Assembly (NCBI RefSeq): GCF_006345805.1
Contig: NW_021831287.1
Span: forward strand, 208,083-272,082
Length of the DNA: 64,000 nt
Direction of reading: 5' to 3'
Origin: Octopus sinensis
Lineage: Eukaryota
How positions within the stretch are numbered: the stretch's first letter is position 1; each line of letters starts with the position of its first letter. Position numbers and translations under genes: made by a program. This document shows positions 49,616 through 62,119 of the stretch, one piece after another. The notes under the pieces were generated by a model, which worked only from the letters and a program-made list of their open reading frames with translations, did not search any database and was not told the DNA's origin.

Positions 49616-49759
49616 TTTTAAATTATTTAGGATTTACTATATAAGAACAACAGGAAGCAATTTGAATTCAAACAGATATAAATAAATTGATAAATAATTA
49701 TATTAATATAACTAGGACAAAAACAAATATATAAATAAGACAAAAACAAAAATGGGAGC

Positions 49760-51000
49760 TCATGCTGACAGGCATTCATATCGGAAAGCGCTGAGTTAAA
49801 AGATCTCAAACTCAGAATCGAAAAGCGTACTGCCCAAAAATGTTCTAGGCCATGCGACTATTTGATTAAAGAAAACATAGTAAACTCAAAATCAATGATG
49901 GCACAGAAAAAATTATTCGCTACTTCACTGTTCAAGCCGAACTAATAGCTGATTATTCCGAAAATCAATTTAAGCTAACCAAAAAGAACATTCCACTTTT
50001 CATTGGCACATTCGTACATAGTGGAGGAAGTAGGACTTACTGATTAAGTATGGTCCCAAATCGCTTATGGACAAAATTGCGACTATATTTAACGACATTT
50101 TTACCACCCACGACCCATTCTCGGTAGGGGAAGGCACCCTTATCCCTATACAAAAAGCCAACAAAATCTCGGGCCCGGTGGAAAATTTCCCCCTGTCACA
50201 GTTCTGAATACCCTGAGAAAACTTCTCGCTAGTTGTACTGAGCCGCATAAACGCAAGAGTTAATGAATATCTGGCGCCGAGTCAGAACAGATTCATGGCT
50301 GGAAGATCCACTGCGGACATTTTCTGGAGCCACATATTCAAAAGAGTCACGAACATTATCGAAATTGACTGTGTCTTTTGTGATTTACTCATTGGCGTCC
50401 TACAAAGTTTTTTAGCTGAGGACGAAGTCAGAATGATACAAGTACTGCTTGCTAGGACAATTCTCAAGACACTTAACAAGTGGTTCTTTATAATCAACAC
50501 TTCTAAAACCGAATTCACTGATATAAAACGCATGGAAATCAAAGTTGGTGAAACTTGGAGGAATGTGAAGAAACTCACTCTCTGGTCGGAGACAGTGAAG
50601 ACATTATTTGTAGAAAGTTGGAGGCTACCGCGGCACTGAGCAAAATACGTAAAACATGGCTCTAAACCCGGCCTGTCAATTGGCAACTCAGATCAAGGCT
50701 TTACAACGCCTTTTTGAAATTTTTCCTACTTTAAAAATTCTCGAAATGGCGAATCTCGGATACTAAACTGAAAACTATAGACTCTTTCCACAGTCACTCT
50801 ACAAACTTTACAACTCTACACTGCTGTCTGCAGAAATTGTGGCAGCTCGCTGGAAACTGAGTCCAGCCACTCCCAGTAATCTCGCAATGCAAAAATACTT
50901 CATGAAGTGTGGCGAAAAATATCGTGGAAGACCGAGATCTACTCTCCCGGGAGTTTTGGGAAAGGATCTCAGCCCCGTTGATAAGAAATTACAAAATTGA
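49760..51000 (+). mobile_element. RTE-like LINE, decayed
   Basis: GTLIPIQKANK..GPVEN, YLAPSQNRFMAGRSTADIFWSH and INTSKTEF; related to the 31020 element. Confidence 0.75.
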
Positions 51001-51484
51001 ATCTGGAAATAAAATATTATTCTTGTCGTCTATGGCTTATCAATAAAACACGTTATCTGGATATATCTTCGTTTTTGGCTACAGCAATGGATGAATAAGT
51101 AACTTTTTCAACAAAACTATTTACATCAGTCATTCTAAAAATCTGAGAAAGTTAGGTTTACGAAAACAAAATTATAAACAATTGATAGACTCATTCAGTT
51201 TTATTTTATACAACCAACAATTTAAGACACTGCTTTGAGAATAAGTCAGTAAAGCCATTCGAATCCGCCGATTTTGAGGCCGACTCTGGAAGTTTTTGGA
51301 AGATTAACTCTTTTTGTATTTGATTCCTTTATTCCAAGCAAAGAATGTTAATTTCACAGCAGTTTTAAAGGATGATTGCATTAATTTCATTCTGACAATT
51401 TTCCCCTGCCTCAACCTCTTCGGTTATATCATTTATCTTCAAATTGGTTAATTTGGTTTTAAACATTTGGTTTTAAACAAGCCT

Positions 51485-51570
51485 CGGGAGAAGCAATGGT
51501 TGTTCCAAAGAATATCCATTGCGATCCTGAGGGGCAACGTCTTCTCGATCATCAGTAGCTTTAGATTGTA
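51485..51570 (+). mobile_element. CRE 3'-terminal fragment
   Basis: REKQWLFQRISIAILRGNVFSII, nearly identical to the 18415 copy. Confidence 0.75.
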
Positions 51571-51975
51571 ATAATCATTTCCGATCGCCAAACTATTCAC
51601 CGGATAAATAGGAGCCAGTCCATCTCCCGAGAATCGTGAGTGCGGATGAAGATTTTGGCCCCAAAGCCAAATAAATTAATATTTAACTACTTTTACTATA
51701 AATACATGATTTAATTCTTAATGTATATGATTTAATTCTTAATTTAAATAGTTTCTTTTTTTGTTGAACGCGGTTTTGCCCCAGATAAATTTTGTAAAAT
51801 TTATTACAAACAGGATTCTTTGTTACACCAGTCAAGATAGAGGATTCTAGCCTTCCTCCACCTGGCAGTTCCCTTAATGGAATGGAATTTGCTATCAATT
51901 AAAAAATATATCTAGTTAAAAATACTTAAAATTGTTTAAATTAAAAAAATTATTAATTTAAAGTGATTTCTTGTG

Positions 51976-52653
51976 ATGGAAAGTGATGGATTTAAACTGG
52001 TGGGTAAAAGGATGGCTGTAGGTAAAAGAAGAATGGCAAAATATTCAACATCTGATGCCTATATGTGCTATGATTATGATAAAACCAGCTTAATTAAAGA
52101 TATTCAGTTTAATCGTGAAAAACTCAAATCCTCGGATAACTTCATATTAATTTTAAATCAAATAAATTCAATTATTAATGAAATAAGTGAAAAATATCTT
52201 GTTTTTCACATCGACATAATTTGTTTTGGACTTGGACCTTTTTCTGCATTTACTGACAGTCTCAAACAACTCGCGTTTGTACTAAATCTCGGCAATTTGA
52301 TTAAAAATGTTAATAATTTTGAAATATTTGATCCAATTTTTGTCAATTTGGAAAAATCTATTCTTCAAGACCTAAAAGTGACCGTACCTGAGGCAAACCT
52401 ACAGTGCAGACATAAAGTGGACTCTTCTAATATCACAATATGCTTTATGCCCCACTGTGAGACTCATTTCCATCAAAATTTTATTGAAACTAACAAATCT
52501 TGTTTATCAAAAATTATTTTTATTTGTAATTTGTTGAATAAAATGCATTTAACAACTACAAGTATACCAATTGATCATATACAGGTGATTCCACTGTATA
52601 AATATTCAACTTCTGCTTTCTCGGAAACATATATTCAATATTTTAAATTTTAA
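51976..52653 (+). CDS. SRRD: SRR1-domain protein (SRRD-like)
   Basis: IICFGLGPFS..QLAFVL..FDPIF..EKSILQDL..FMPHCE..NFI SRR1 signature. Confidence 0.85.
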   Translation: MESDGFKLVGKRMAVGKRRMAKYSTSDAYMCYDYDKTSLIKDIQFNREKLKSSDNFILILNQINSIINEISEKYLVFHIDIICFGLGPFSAFTDSLKQLAFVLNLGNLIKNVNNFEIFDPIFVNLEKSILQDLKVTVPEANLQCRHKVDSSNITICFMPHCETHFHQNFIETNKSCLSKIIFICNLLNKMHLTTTSIPIDHIQVIPLYKYSTSAFSETYIQYFKF

Positions 52654-53195
52654 TGATCTTGATGAATAATAAAATACCTTTTTTATTTTATGAAATAATA
52701 TTCAGATTGAACCTTTTTTAATCTATTTATTTTAAAGACTGGAAAACTCAATAAACCAGTCAGAAAATTTTAACTAATATCCAGATGAGTGTTTATAGAT
52801 TAGAAACCACAATTATTAGAAACCACAATTTTTAGGTTCTTAATTTTCAACATTTAAAATAGCCATTAATCAGATCTTTTCTAGTTTCAAATCATTTGTA
52901 AAAATATATTTGTGATTTTTATTGAGTAAATCCGAAAAAACATACAGTGAACAAAAATAAAAACTGAACCTGCTTTTTTTATAAATTTAAAATGGGACAA
53001 TATAACTAATATGTTTCAAATTTATTCTTGACATATAATAAAGTATTTTACATTTGTATATATAATTATTTTCTAGTCTATCATTATTAAAATAATAAAA
53101 GATTTGGAAATTAGCGAATGTTATATTCCAAATTAGTGAATGTTAAAGTATTAGTAATTAGTTTTGATTAACGTGATTTGCCGACAGTTTACCGT

Positions 53196-53429
53196 CTAAA
53201 TTAAAAAAGTGGAAAACCTTTTTTTGATCTGCCTTCCGGTAAGTCCATTTTCCGCTATACAGTCGGTACCCTGCCAATTTTTGTATATGGTAAAAAATTA
53301 TATTACCGGACATTCGAAGTATATATTGGCGTGTACTAATCCCTTTATTAAAGCAGGACCTCTTTCAGATTTTAGGTCATTAATAAGATCTCTTATAGTT
53401 GTTTGTTCTTCTGTTTGTCCACAATTCAT
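53196..53429 (-). CDS. Microprotein A (65 aa if spliced)
   Basis: 41-codon exon MNCGQ..NIYFECP, intron 53271-53306, exon GTDCIAENGLTGRQIKKRFSTFLI*. Confidence 0.55.
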
Positions 53430-54263
53430 CTCTATATTTTAAAAATTTTCGCAAAAACTGTTTATATAGTATTTAATTTAGCGGCGAATAAATTATTTTG
53501 AAATTATAACTGTAAACTATATTCAAATTTGTTATATTTTCTGATATCATATTTATGAGAATTTCCACATTAAAAACTATAATTAATCTCCAGTTTATTT
53601 TTTTGGAAGTTAATTAAAGAAAGCAAAAAGTTTATAATTAGGAAATTAATTGGGTTGTAGCAATTAAAGTAATTATATTTTTTAATATTTGGCAAGTGTG
53701 ATAAAAAATATTTAAATCAGGATCATCTGTTTTTGGTTAATTTTACAACATTATTTATTTACATCCCAATAAACTGACTTATTTAATTCGAAGAAAAAAT
53801 AATCATTATATGAAAGCAGCATGTTATTTTAGACACAATTTTTTCCCAGCTGGTTATTTAACCACGATAACACAACCAACTAAACTTTTAACTTAAATCT
53901 CTTTGCTTCGAGGTCTATTTCTTCAAGGAGACAGAGAGGTACTAATAAAAGTGCTAGCAGTTTAGATCAGTAAATCATTGATACTTGGAAATATTTTATA
54001 AATAACCGTTTTCGAACAAACTAAGGGTGCATTTCAACTTAACACTAGTCATTTAATTTACTAAGCAAGCAGAACTACTCAAATCGTAGACAAATGTTAG
54101 ATCGACCTTAACAATGATTATTTGCTAATGCCTCTTAATTAAATTATCATAAAATACTTATTATTCTAAAAAGTACGCTTTTTAGATAAAAAAATATACA
54201 ATCAAAATAAAGCGTTAAATAAATGCTTTATAAACAGTTTACGCAATAAAATTTAAAACAAAA

Positions 54264-54467
54264 ATGGTTGTTGAAAAATCTAAAAAACCTTTAACTGTCA
54301 GCGAATTTGTGCGACAATATAATGAAGCAAGCCCAGAATTACGAAGAATGGTCCGTGAAGAGGTAAATATAATTGCCGAAGTTCCGGTAATATAAATCTT
54401 TGAAAAATATTCACAGGATCACGCTTACGATGAAATTCAATCCATCATGGATAGAAGAAAGTTTTAA
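54264..54467 (+). CDS. Microprotein B (57 aa if spliced), paralogue of A
   Basis: 41-codon exon MVVEK..NIIAEVP, intron 54387-54416, exon DHAYDEIQSIMDRRKF*. Confidence 0.6.
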
Positions 54468-54697
54468 AATGTTTTATCATATTTAGAAAAAAATAATTAT
54501 CTTCAATTCCAATTACTAACAAATACTAATAACTCACTTAACTTTTTCTTGTACTAATTTGTTAACTTCTAATATTAAATCGTGACAGAAAGATTTTATA
54601 AGTTGATTTCTGGATTAGGCCATTAATATAACTCGACCTAGCCCACAAGTTCTCAATACATCAAATATAAATGTCTTAACAGATTAAACGTCTAGAT

Positions 54698-56535
54698 CAG
54701 TGATTCTCAAGTGCGGCCCCTAGGATTTAATTTGCGCCCCTAGTTTTATAAATGTTTTATTTTTTAATTTAATATTTTTAATTTTATGATATAAAAAATG
54801 TCACGTTTTTTATTTGTTGTTGTGATGTCTGATTCTAAACGTTGTCGAAAACTTTCCGAGGAAAATAGGATTTTCAACACATCGGGAAGAAAAATATTTC
54901 ATTATTGAGATCAATGGAAAGGCTCTTTGCCTAATATGCCATTCTATTATTGCAACTCTAAAAACGTATACAATCGAACGGCACTACCGTTTCCACTCTA
55001 TTCTTTATGACAAATTCACTGGTGTTTCTCGGACGAAAAAATAAAACAAATGAAAGAAGATTATTTAAAACGATCATTTACTTCAAAAGTGGCACATATT
55101 CGTCTAATATTAACCTGGCATCATACAAAATTAGTTACCTATTGGCTAAAAATATGAAGCCTTATTCTGATGGCGAATTATATAAAACGGCAATCGAAAT
55201 ATTTGCATCGGAATGTTGTTCGCCCGCTGTTTTCGATATTGCACCAAGTTACCTCTAAGTAACGATACTGTTACTAGAAGAGTCAGTGATATATCTGATA
55301 ATCTGATTAACGAACTTTTACAGTATGCAAATTGTTTTGTAATTTTTAGAATTTGTAAAGATTTTCAATATTATTCTTTTGCGCTTGATTGTTCCAAAGA
55401 TATTTCAGATATCGAACAATTAGTAGTGTTTATAAGGGGAGTAACATCTGACTTTCGAGTATACGAAGAATTTTTTCATTGAATTCACTTCACGGAGAAA
55501 CTAAAGGAACACAGATTTTTTCTCCAATTGTGAAATTAATTGAAGATTATCAACTGGATCCAAAAAATTAGTTTCAATTTCAACTGATGGAGCCCCTTAT
55601 ATGATTGGCAGTAAAACTGGTTTTCGTGGACGTATGAATAAATGGAGGTGTGATAATAACTGGACTCCAGTATTATGGCATCATTGCATATTCATCAGGA
55701 AAACCTAATTTCCAAAAATATTAAAATGGAAAATGTTTCTGAAGTAGTGATAAAAATTGTCAATTGGATTCGGGCGAACGCCTTGAATCACCGAAAATTT
55801 AAAACATTTTTAACTGAAACCGATTCGGATTATGGCGATGTCCTTCTTTTCTCAGTAGTAAGATGGTTAAGCCGTAGCTCTTGTCTCAAAAGGTTAATTT
55901 CTTTTATATTTAGATTTTATCAACTTCTCCCTGAAATTATTTTATTCACTGAAAATAAAGTGGACAATGCATTATTGAAAACAATAGATGGGTAGCAGAT
56001 TTAGCATTTTATGTGGATCTATCGGTGCATCTGTCTGCCCTAAATGTCGAACTACAAGGGGAAAATAAGCTAAATTATCAAATTTATGGATATATAAATG
56101 CCTTCGTTAAGAAATTAATTTTATGGAAAGCGCAGATATCAAATAATGATTACACACATTTTCCTTATTTGTCAGAAAATTCCGAAAGTGGCTCAACTGA
56201 TAAATATTTAAAAATAATTGAAGATTTAAATTTGCAATTTGATGCAAGATTTCAGGTTTTTAGTATTTAATTTAGCTGACAGAGCTTTAAAGAAGGTGCA
56301 AATTCAATGAGATTATTGCATCTCCATTAATTATGAAAAGTGAGGAGGTTTCCGGGATTTACCAACTGGAATTGATTGATTTGCAACAAGTAGAATTGTT
56401 ACGTACTTCAACAAGTAGAATTAAACCTAATTTTGATTATTTGGTTAATAAATAATTCTTAAAAATTATTTGCGGCCCCTGTAAATTTTTTTTTTTAATT
56501 TGCGGCCCCTGAGCAAAAAAGCTTGAGAATCACTG
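54698..56535 (+). mobile_element. hAT Buster/SPIN-like element (GTF2IRD2-like transposase, decayed, with tiny introns)
   Basis: TIR CAGTGATTCTCAAG, TSD GTCTAGAT; KALCLICH, PLSNDTVTRRV, SFALDCSKDISD, TDGAPYM and VRWLSR. Confidence 0.93.
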
Positions 56536-56724
56536 GTCTAGATCAAAGCAATATCTTAAATTACTTCTTTGATTCTAATTAGTAATTTTTAAAGAAATTA
56601 AGCGACAATTTAAGTATTAAGTTCGTATTATTGTAAGAGTCGCAAAGTGATCCAAAAAGGGGAAATGTCAAAGAAATCAATTATATTTAGATGTATAATT
56701 CAAAATTAAATATTTATTCAATAA

Positions 56725-57080
56725 AAAAGTGGCCGTATTTGAGGAAAACCTACAGTGCAAACATAAAGTGGACCCTTCTAATATCACAATATTCACTGTG
56801 AGATTAATTTACATCAAAATTTTATGGAAACTAATAAATCTTGTTTATCAAAAATTATATTCATTTGTAATTTGTTGAATAAAATTGTAATTTACTAGAA
56901 GTTAACAAAGCCATCCATCCGAAGTGAATTCGAAATTGAAAAAAATATATTTGACAGCTACAAGTATATTAATTAATTATATTCAAGTGATTCCGCTGTA
57001 TAAATATCAACTTGTGTTTTATCGGGGAAATATGTTAAATATTTTAAATTTGAATGATCTTGATAAATAATAAAATGGCT
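56725..57080 (+). pseudogene. Partial duplicate of the SRR1-like gene 3' half
   Basis: Aligns by eye with 52375-52680 (AACCTACAGTGCA..CATAAAGTGGAC..), with indels and an extra ~62-nt block. Confidence 0.8.
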
Positions 57081-57647
57081 TTTCATTTTAAAAGTTATCA
57101 AAACTAACTTATAGTCTATTATTAAAAAGAATTAAAATAAAAAAATATATAGCGGGCTACGTTTTCAAGCAAATGATTTACTGCAGCGATATTGAAAAGA
57201 AAAAAGCACAAATTAAAATAATTATAAGTGGACAACCATTCAAATATTGCTCGTATCAATACGAAATACAATTGAATTATCCATTTAAATTGTCATAAAC
57301 TTTGTAAATTTAGATAAATATTACAAATACTGCTATCATTTGTTTTCATCAAAGGAGTTCGGATTTATAAAAATAAAAGCTGTTTGCTTCTATAAAATAA
57401 ATCCGACATTAAATAAATCAAACTTTGATTCAATATTACAAATCAAATCTATCAAAATATATTTGTAATTGTTCTTATTTGCTATTAAATTCCAAGCAAA
57501 AAACTGAATTAATTTTATATGCAGATATTATTGAAGTTTAGCAGTATTTTGGTGTAAATTAGATTAGACAATATCTGTGGTAAAATTAAAAAAATAATCT
57601 TGGAAATTTTTTAATTGTTGATAAACTTATTTCTTTCAAATCATTTA

Positions 57648-57987
57648 GTTAGTTAGTTAAAGCCGTAATCAGCCGTGTCCGGCCAATGGCTGATCCTGCG
57701 TTGTCAAATGCCTCCACGAGTTCGAGTCCAATGCAGAGATCGTCCACGAGTCCCCGACCTGTGATGGCTGATCCCGAGTTGTCAAATGCCTCCACGAGTT
57801 CGAGTCCAAAGCAGAGATTGTCCACGAGTCCCTGTCCTGTGAACGATTTGACAAGAGGATTTTCTTGGCAGAGAAGACAAAGGGGTAGGGTGTCAGGTCT
57901 TTCCCCTTCGACCGAGATGGCAACAGTGAGATTCGAACCCGGACGCATTGCATTGCAACACTGTGTGGTACTTCAAACACTGCGCCA
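57648..57987 (-). mobile_element. tRNA-derived SINE with internal 78-bp duplication
   Basis: A box TGGCGCAGTG, B box GGTTCGAATC, (TAAC)n tail, 11-bp TSD CAAATCATTTA. Confidence 0.85.
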
Positions 57988-58318
57988 CAAATCATTTAAA
58001 AGTAATAAAAGAGCTTAGCTTTGAAAACGCGTTAAGTGCCGATTTTTTAATAAAGTTCGATAATTGTGTCTAACTAACACAATCATTGTGATTTTGAGAG
58101 GTAGTCAAATCTGTTTAAGGATCAATTTAACTTGCAGCTTTTGAACAAATGCTATATTTATTGACTATTTAAGTGGTGAATCCACAAATTTAAACAATGA
58201 CCTGTAAACTTTCAGATTTTCCTCATTTTAGCAGGAATATTCAGTTAAACCCTTTTGCAACATGAACCTATAGAATCCTAAGAATCACTATAAACTCGGC
58301 TCCTTAGGGATAAAGATA

Positions 58319-60774
58319 CAGTGCGAGTTCGAATTGGAGAAATTTTTTCCCAATTTTGAGGTTTTCCCCAAAAAAAGGTTTTTCATTAAATTTAGGTCTC
58401 TCCTGTTCGATATTCTACCTTAATAATATAACCGAGACGAATAACTACAATTTTTATTTTTACTAAAAAAATCAGTTAATTTTAATTAAGTGTTTTGTTT
58501 TTTTCGCATCGAACTCATAATATTTGCTTTGAATCTGAATAGATCAAGTACATTTTCCCGAGTCTCTTGCTTAATAACATTTAGCAGCATTGTGAATGCG
58601 CATTCCGCATTGTTTATAACTTGTTGATCATCCAAATGTTCCAGAAATTGTTCGCTACAGTCCTCTTCATCATTATGTTATCATCCCAGAAACTCTCCAA
58701 AATCGCATTTTCCACATATCGGAATTAATCAGACTTTCTCCGATGTCCTCTTTTTCCCTTGGTCCCATGGCTGAATTAAGGACTTATATTTGTTGGAAAA
58801 AATATTACGTCGACGTTTGAAAGTTTGAGAGAAACAGCATGAAAAGTTGCATTGTCAATTAACAATGCTATTTTCCTTATTTTCTCCATCATTTCCTCGT
58901 TAAATCAAGATAACCAATTTTAAAAAAAAATTTTTGTCACCCAGGCTTTGCACAAAGCATCATAGTCAATGTCAATTTCTTTCAGATTCACAGCTTTTAA
59001 TACTCTTGGTGACTTAGTACGTCCAATTATAAGCGGTTTATATTCTTCTTTTGTGTAACTGCACCAAAAAGATGTCTATACGTTCTTTTCTTTTTTATAT
59101 CCGGTGTGTGACTCATTTCTTTCAACAAAAACTCTTTGAAAAAATCTTTATTACAATAAAAAGGTCAGCTGTTAGTACGAAGCGTGATATTCGGCGGACA
59201 AAATTTGACGATGGCATCTATTAGCTCATCGAAGGAGTTGTCTAAATGGCTCACTTGCCTTCTCCATAAAAATTCTATAAATGTATTAATGTATTAGAGT
59301 ATTTAATGCCTGCAAAATATGCACCCATGAGTGACGCGGGGTTCCCCTTTGTCTCTTATTGCGCCACAACTTGTGATTAACTGTAAGGTGCACATAAGCA
59401 AGAGCATGAGATCTGGCGTTGAATAACCTATGTTGTATTCTCCTGCTGTTAGAAGGGTCATAAATGTCTGTTTTGACATTTTTTTCTTTGGGAAAAATTC
59501 CAACCTCTTAAGGAAGGCAACTGACTCGAATTTCAGTGCGGGGAAGTTAATAGTCCTTCAGTTTGCAAATTTTCGCATGACAACTGTATCATTCATCTCT
59601 GCTGCAAAACGTTCTGAAGAGTTGAAGAAAAGAAATACTCTTTCCTGGCAGACAGATATCTTTTCCAGCCGATCGCTGTGGAGACTTCCGGAGTCTTTGG
59701 TACAGAGAGTTTTTCGTTCATTCGAAGATTGGGTGGTCTATCACCAAAAAAACAGGTGATCCGCGGAGACGTCGTGGCTCTTCCAGAGGATTTCGTGTGC
59801 AATTGTCCGCGGAAATTCACACGTTATCCTAGGGTCATACTAATTAAAATAAATTAATTCCGTTTAAAAAAAAAATTGAAATAAAATTACAAAATCGAAA
59901 TCGGCATAGTTCATTTTTTAAATTTTCGATCTAATATTCATAAAAATTTCATTAATTCATTTAGAGGCTATTTTCGTGCAGGATGAAATGCAACAGTACC
60001 GAAAAAGCTTTATAAAATAATGCAGTTTCATCACAGTTGAAAATGTTTTCTCCCCAAAAGTTTTCAACCAAATCATTGAAAGTTGATCAGAAGTTTTCCG
60101 CACCTCCTTTATCAGCTGATCGTGATTCGCCATGTAATATTCTGAATTTTATTTCGAATTGTTTCTTTAATCTGTAAAGCCGTCTATTAGAAGCAGTAAA
60201 ATCATGATTTGAATTTCGACCTGAGATTACGAAAAATCTCGTAAACTTGGGCATTCAATTCGTATCAAATTGTCCCTTCGGTGTTGAGAAACCTTGAGAT
60301 GGGATTCCTTCCCTTTTCTTTTATAGTCGGTATAGCATTCCTTTAGAGATGTTAAATCCTTCACAAATCATTTTATACTTATGACACGACTGTATATCTT
60401 TGCAAATTCTGTTCTTTTTACGTTGATTTAGTTTTCTAGGCATTGGCTTTTTAAAATTTATAAAATAACTTTAAAAAATTTCAATTTTTACCAGGTTAAT
60501 TAGTTAACTAACTAAGTTACAAGGTTAAATAAATTTTAAAATTATTGATTACAAATTTGGAAAAACAGGTTACAATAAATAAATAATAATAAATCAAAAT
60601 TATACAAAATATTAATGAATCGTTTATATAAAATTTTTCCACAGTAGGGAGTTTATTTCATTAAAAATCATCGTATTTTATAGGGATGGCGAAAATATTT
60701 GGCCCAAAGCAAGGTTTTCCTCAAAAAAGAGGGTTTCCCCGCGACTTGGTTTTCTCCAATTCGAGGTCGCACTG
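58319..60774 (-). mobile_element. pogo/Tigger element, decayed, interrupted by Merlin
   Basis: TIR CAGTGCGA..TCGAATTGGAGAAA with TA flanks; IFNCDETALFYK, LLIDNATFH and IQP(W)DQG remnants. Confidence 0.85.
59150..60000 (-). mobile_element. Merlin element nested in Tigger; same family as 14238
   Basis: Terminus GGTACTGTTGCATTTCATCCTGCACG at 60000; HLTVNH and RNKRQRGTPRH. Confidence 0.75.
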
Positions 60775-61376
60775 TAACCTAATTCTATTTCATCCATGTT
60801 TTATTTTATTGACTGATGAAAATTAATAACTTTTATCGCGAATAGGCGGATTTAATGTAAGTAAAAGAAATTTTACATTAGATAAAATTATTCGCGTATT
60901 GAAATTACAACTTAGATCTATCAAATTCAATTTTAATGTTTTTCTTTTTCTGATATTAGATTCAACCCAAACAAAAACTGAATGAATTAGATTTACAAAT
61001 ATTATTGAAAGTCAAAAAGTTAACAAAAATATTCATTTCTACAAATGGTTTCATGGTTTAAATTAAAATATACAATTTGCATGGTAAAAAAAACCTGAAA
61101 AAAACCATCTTAGACCAATTTTTATACAATTGTTTATTAATTTCTTTTCCCTCAATTTCATTGAACCAATGATGATAAAATTGCAACATTAGTATCATTT
61201 TATTGCAAAAAAAGATCTAATGTGTCAATTGACTCTCAGAAAGAGTCATCTTACTTAAAGCTAAATAATGAGGATACCGATTCAATTAAATAATAAAATA
61301 TTATTTTTTATAAAAATTCAATATAAAAATGCATTAAATTTTCATTACATATTTTTCACGCTTAAACATATTTTTG

Positions 61377-61879
61377 TTGTGTGCTTAATTTACTATAGTT
61401 TTCAATGATTACATTATTATCCCTGTCTGATTATGTGATTATTTTACTGTATGAGAAACCAACTAATCAATTAAATCTTATAGTTTTGTGTGCTTAATTT
61501 ATTATAGTTCTCAATGATTACATTATTATCCCTGTCTGATTATGTGATTATTTTACTGTATGAGAAACCAACTAATCAATTAAATAAGGTTTTAGACGAG
61601 CTGTAAAAAGCGCATATAATTAATTCGCGGATGACGACATAATCGAATAGGCATTGCCGCGAACAACGGCCAAACCTATTCTTTGTCGAAGCCATGTGGG
61701 TTCCCTCCAGTCGTTTTTTATATGAGCGATTTTACGTCCGATTTTTTAAGGAATATGTCTTATAGTTTTGTGTGCTTAATTTATTATAGTTTTCAATGAT
61801 TACATTATTATCCCTGTCTGATTATGTGATTTATTTACTGTATGAGAAACTAACTAATCAATTAAATCTTATAGTTTTG
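61377..61879. repeat. Three ~109-bp direct repeats interrupted by a CRE 3' end
   Basis: Units at ~61377-61475, 61476-61584 and 61758-61866, plus a partial unit. Confidence 0.9.
61586..61757 (-). mobile_element. 5'-truncated CRE retrotransposon
   Basis: FLKKIGRKIAHIKNDWREPTWLRQRIGLAVVRGNAYSIMSSSAN* plus a short 3' UTR. Confidence 0.85.
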
Positions 61880-62119
61880 ATTGCATATGGCATTTAATGT
61901 ATGTATTTATTTTTTTGCCCAAAATTGGGTTGACTCCTCATAAGATTGAGACAAGAATCTGACGGGAAAGGTCAAAAACCCTCGAAATAGGTTGGATTCT
62001 TTAAAACATCTTTGATGAGTAACCCTACGGAGTGCCGAGTATATCTCGCTGTGCTTCCAACACGGTTTTGCTATTCGACCCGAAATGATAGTTATTCCTG
62101 GATAATTTATAATCTAAAT

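Noticed and set aside
57649-58018. Three overlapping ~100-aa ORFs
   Set aside because: Explained by the GC-rich SINE body and its 78-bp (3n) duplication.
61586-61757. Structured ncRNA, SECIS or hammerhead (GGATGA..CGAAG in a long hairpin)
   Set aside because: Cores are non-canonical and the reverse strand translates cleanly as a CRE C-terminus.
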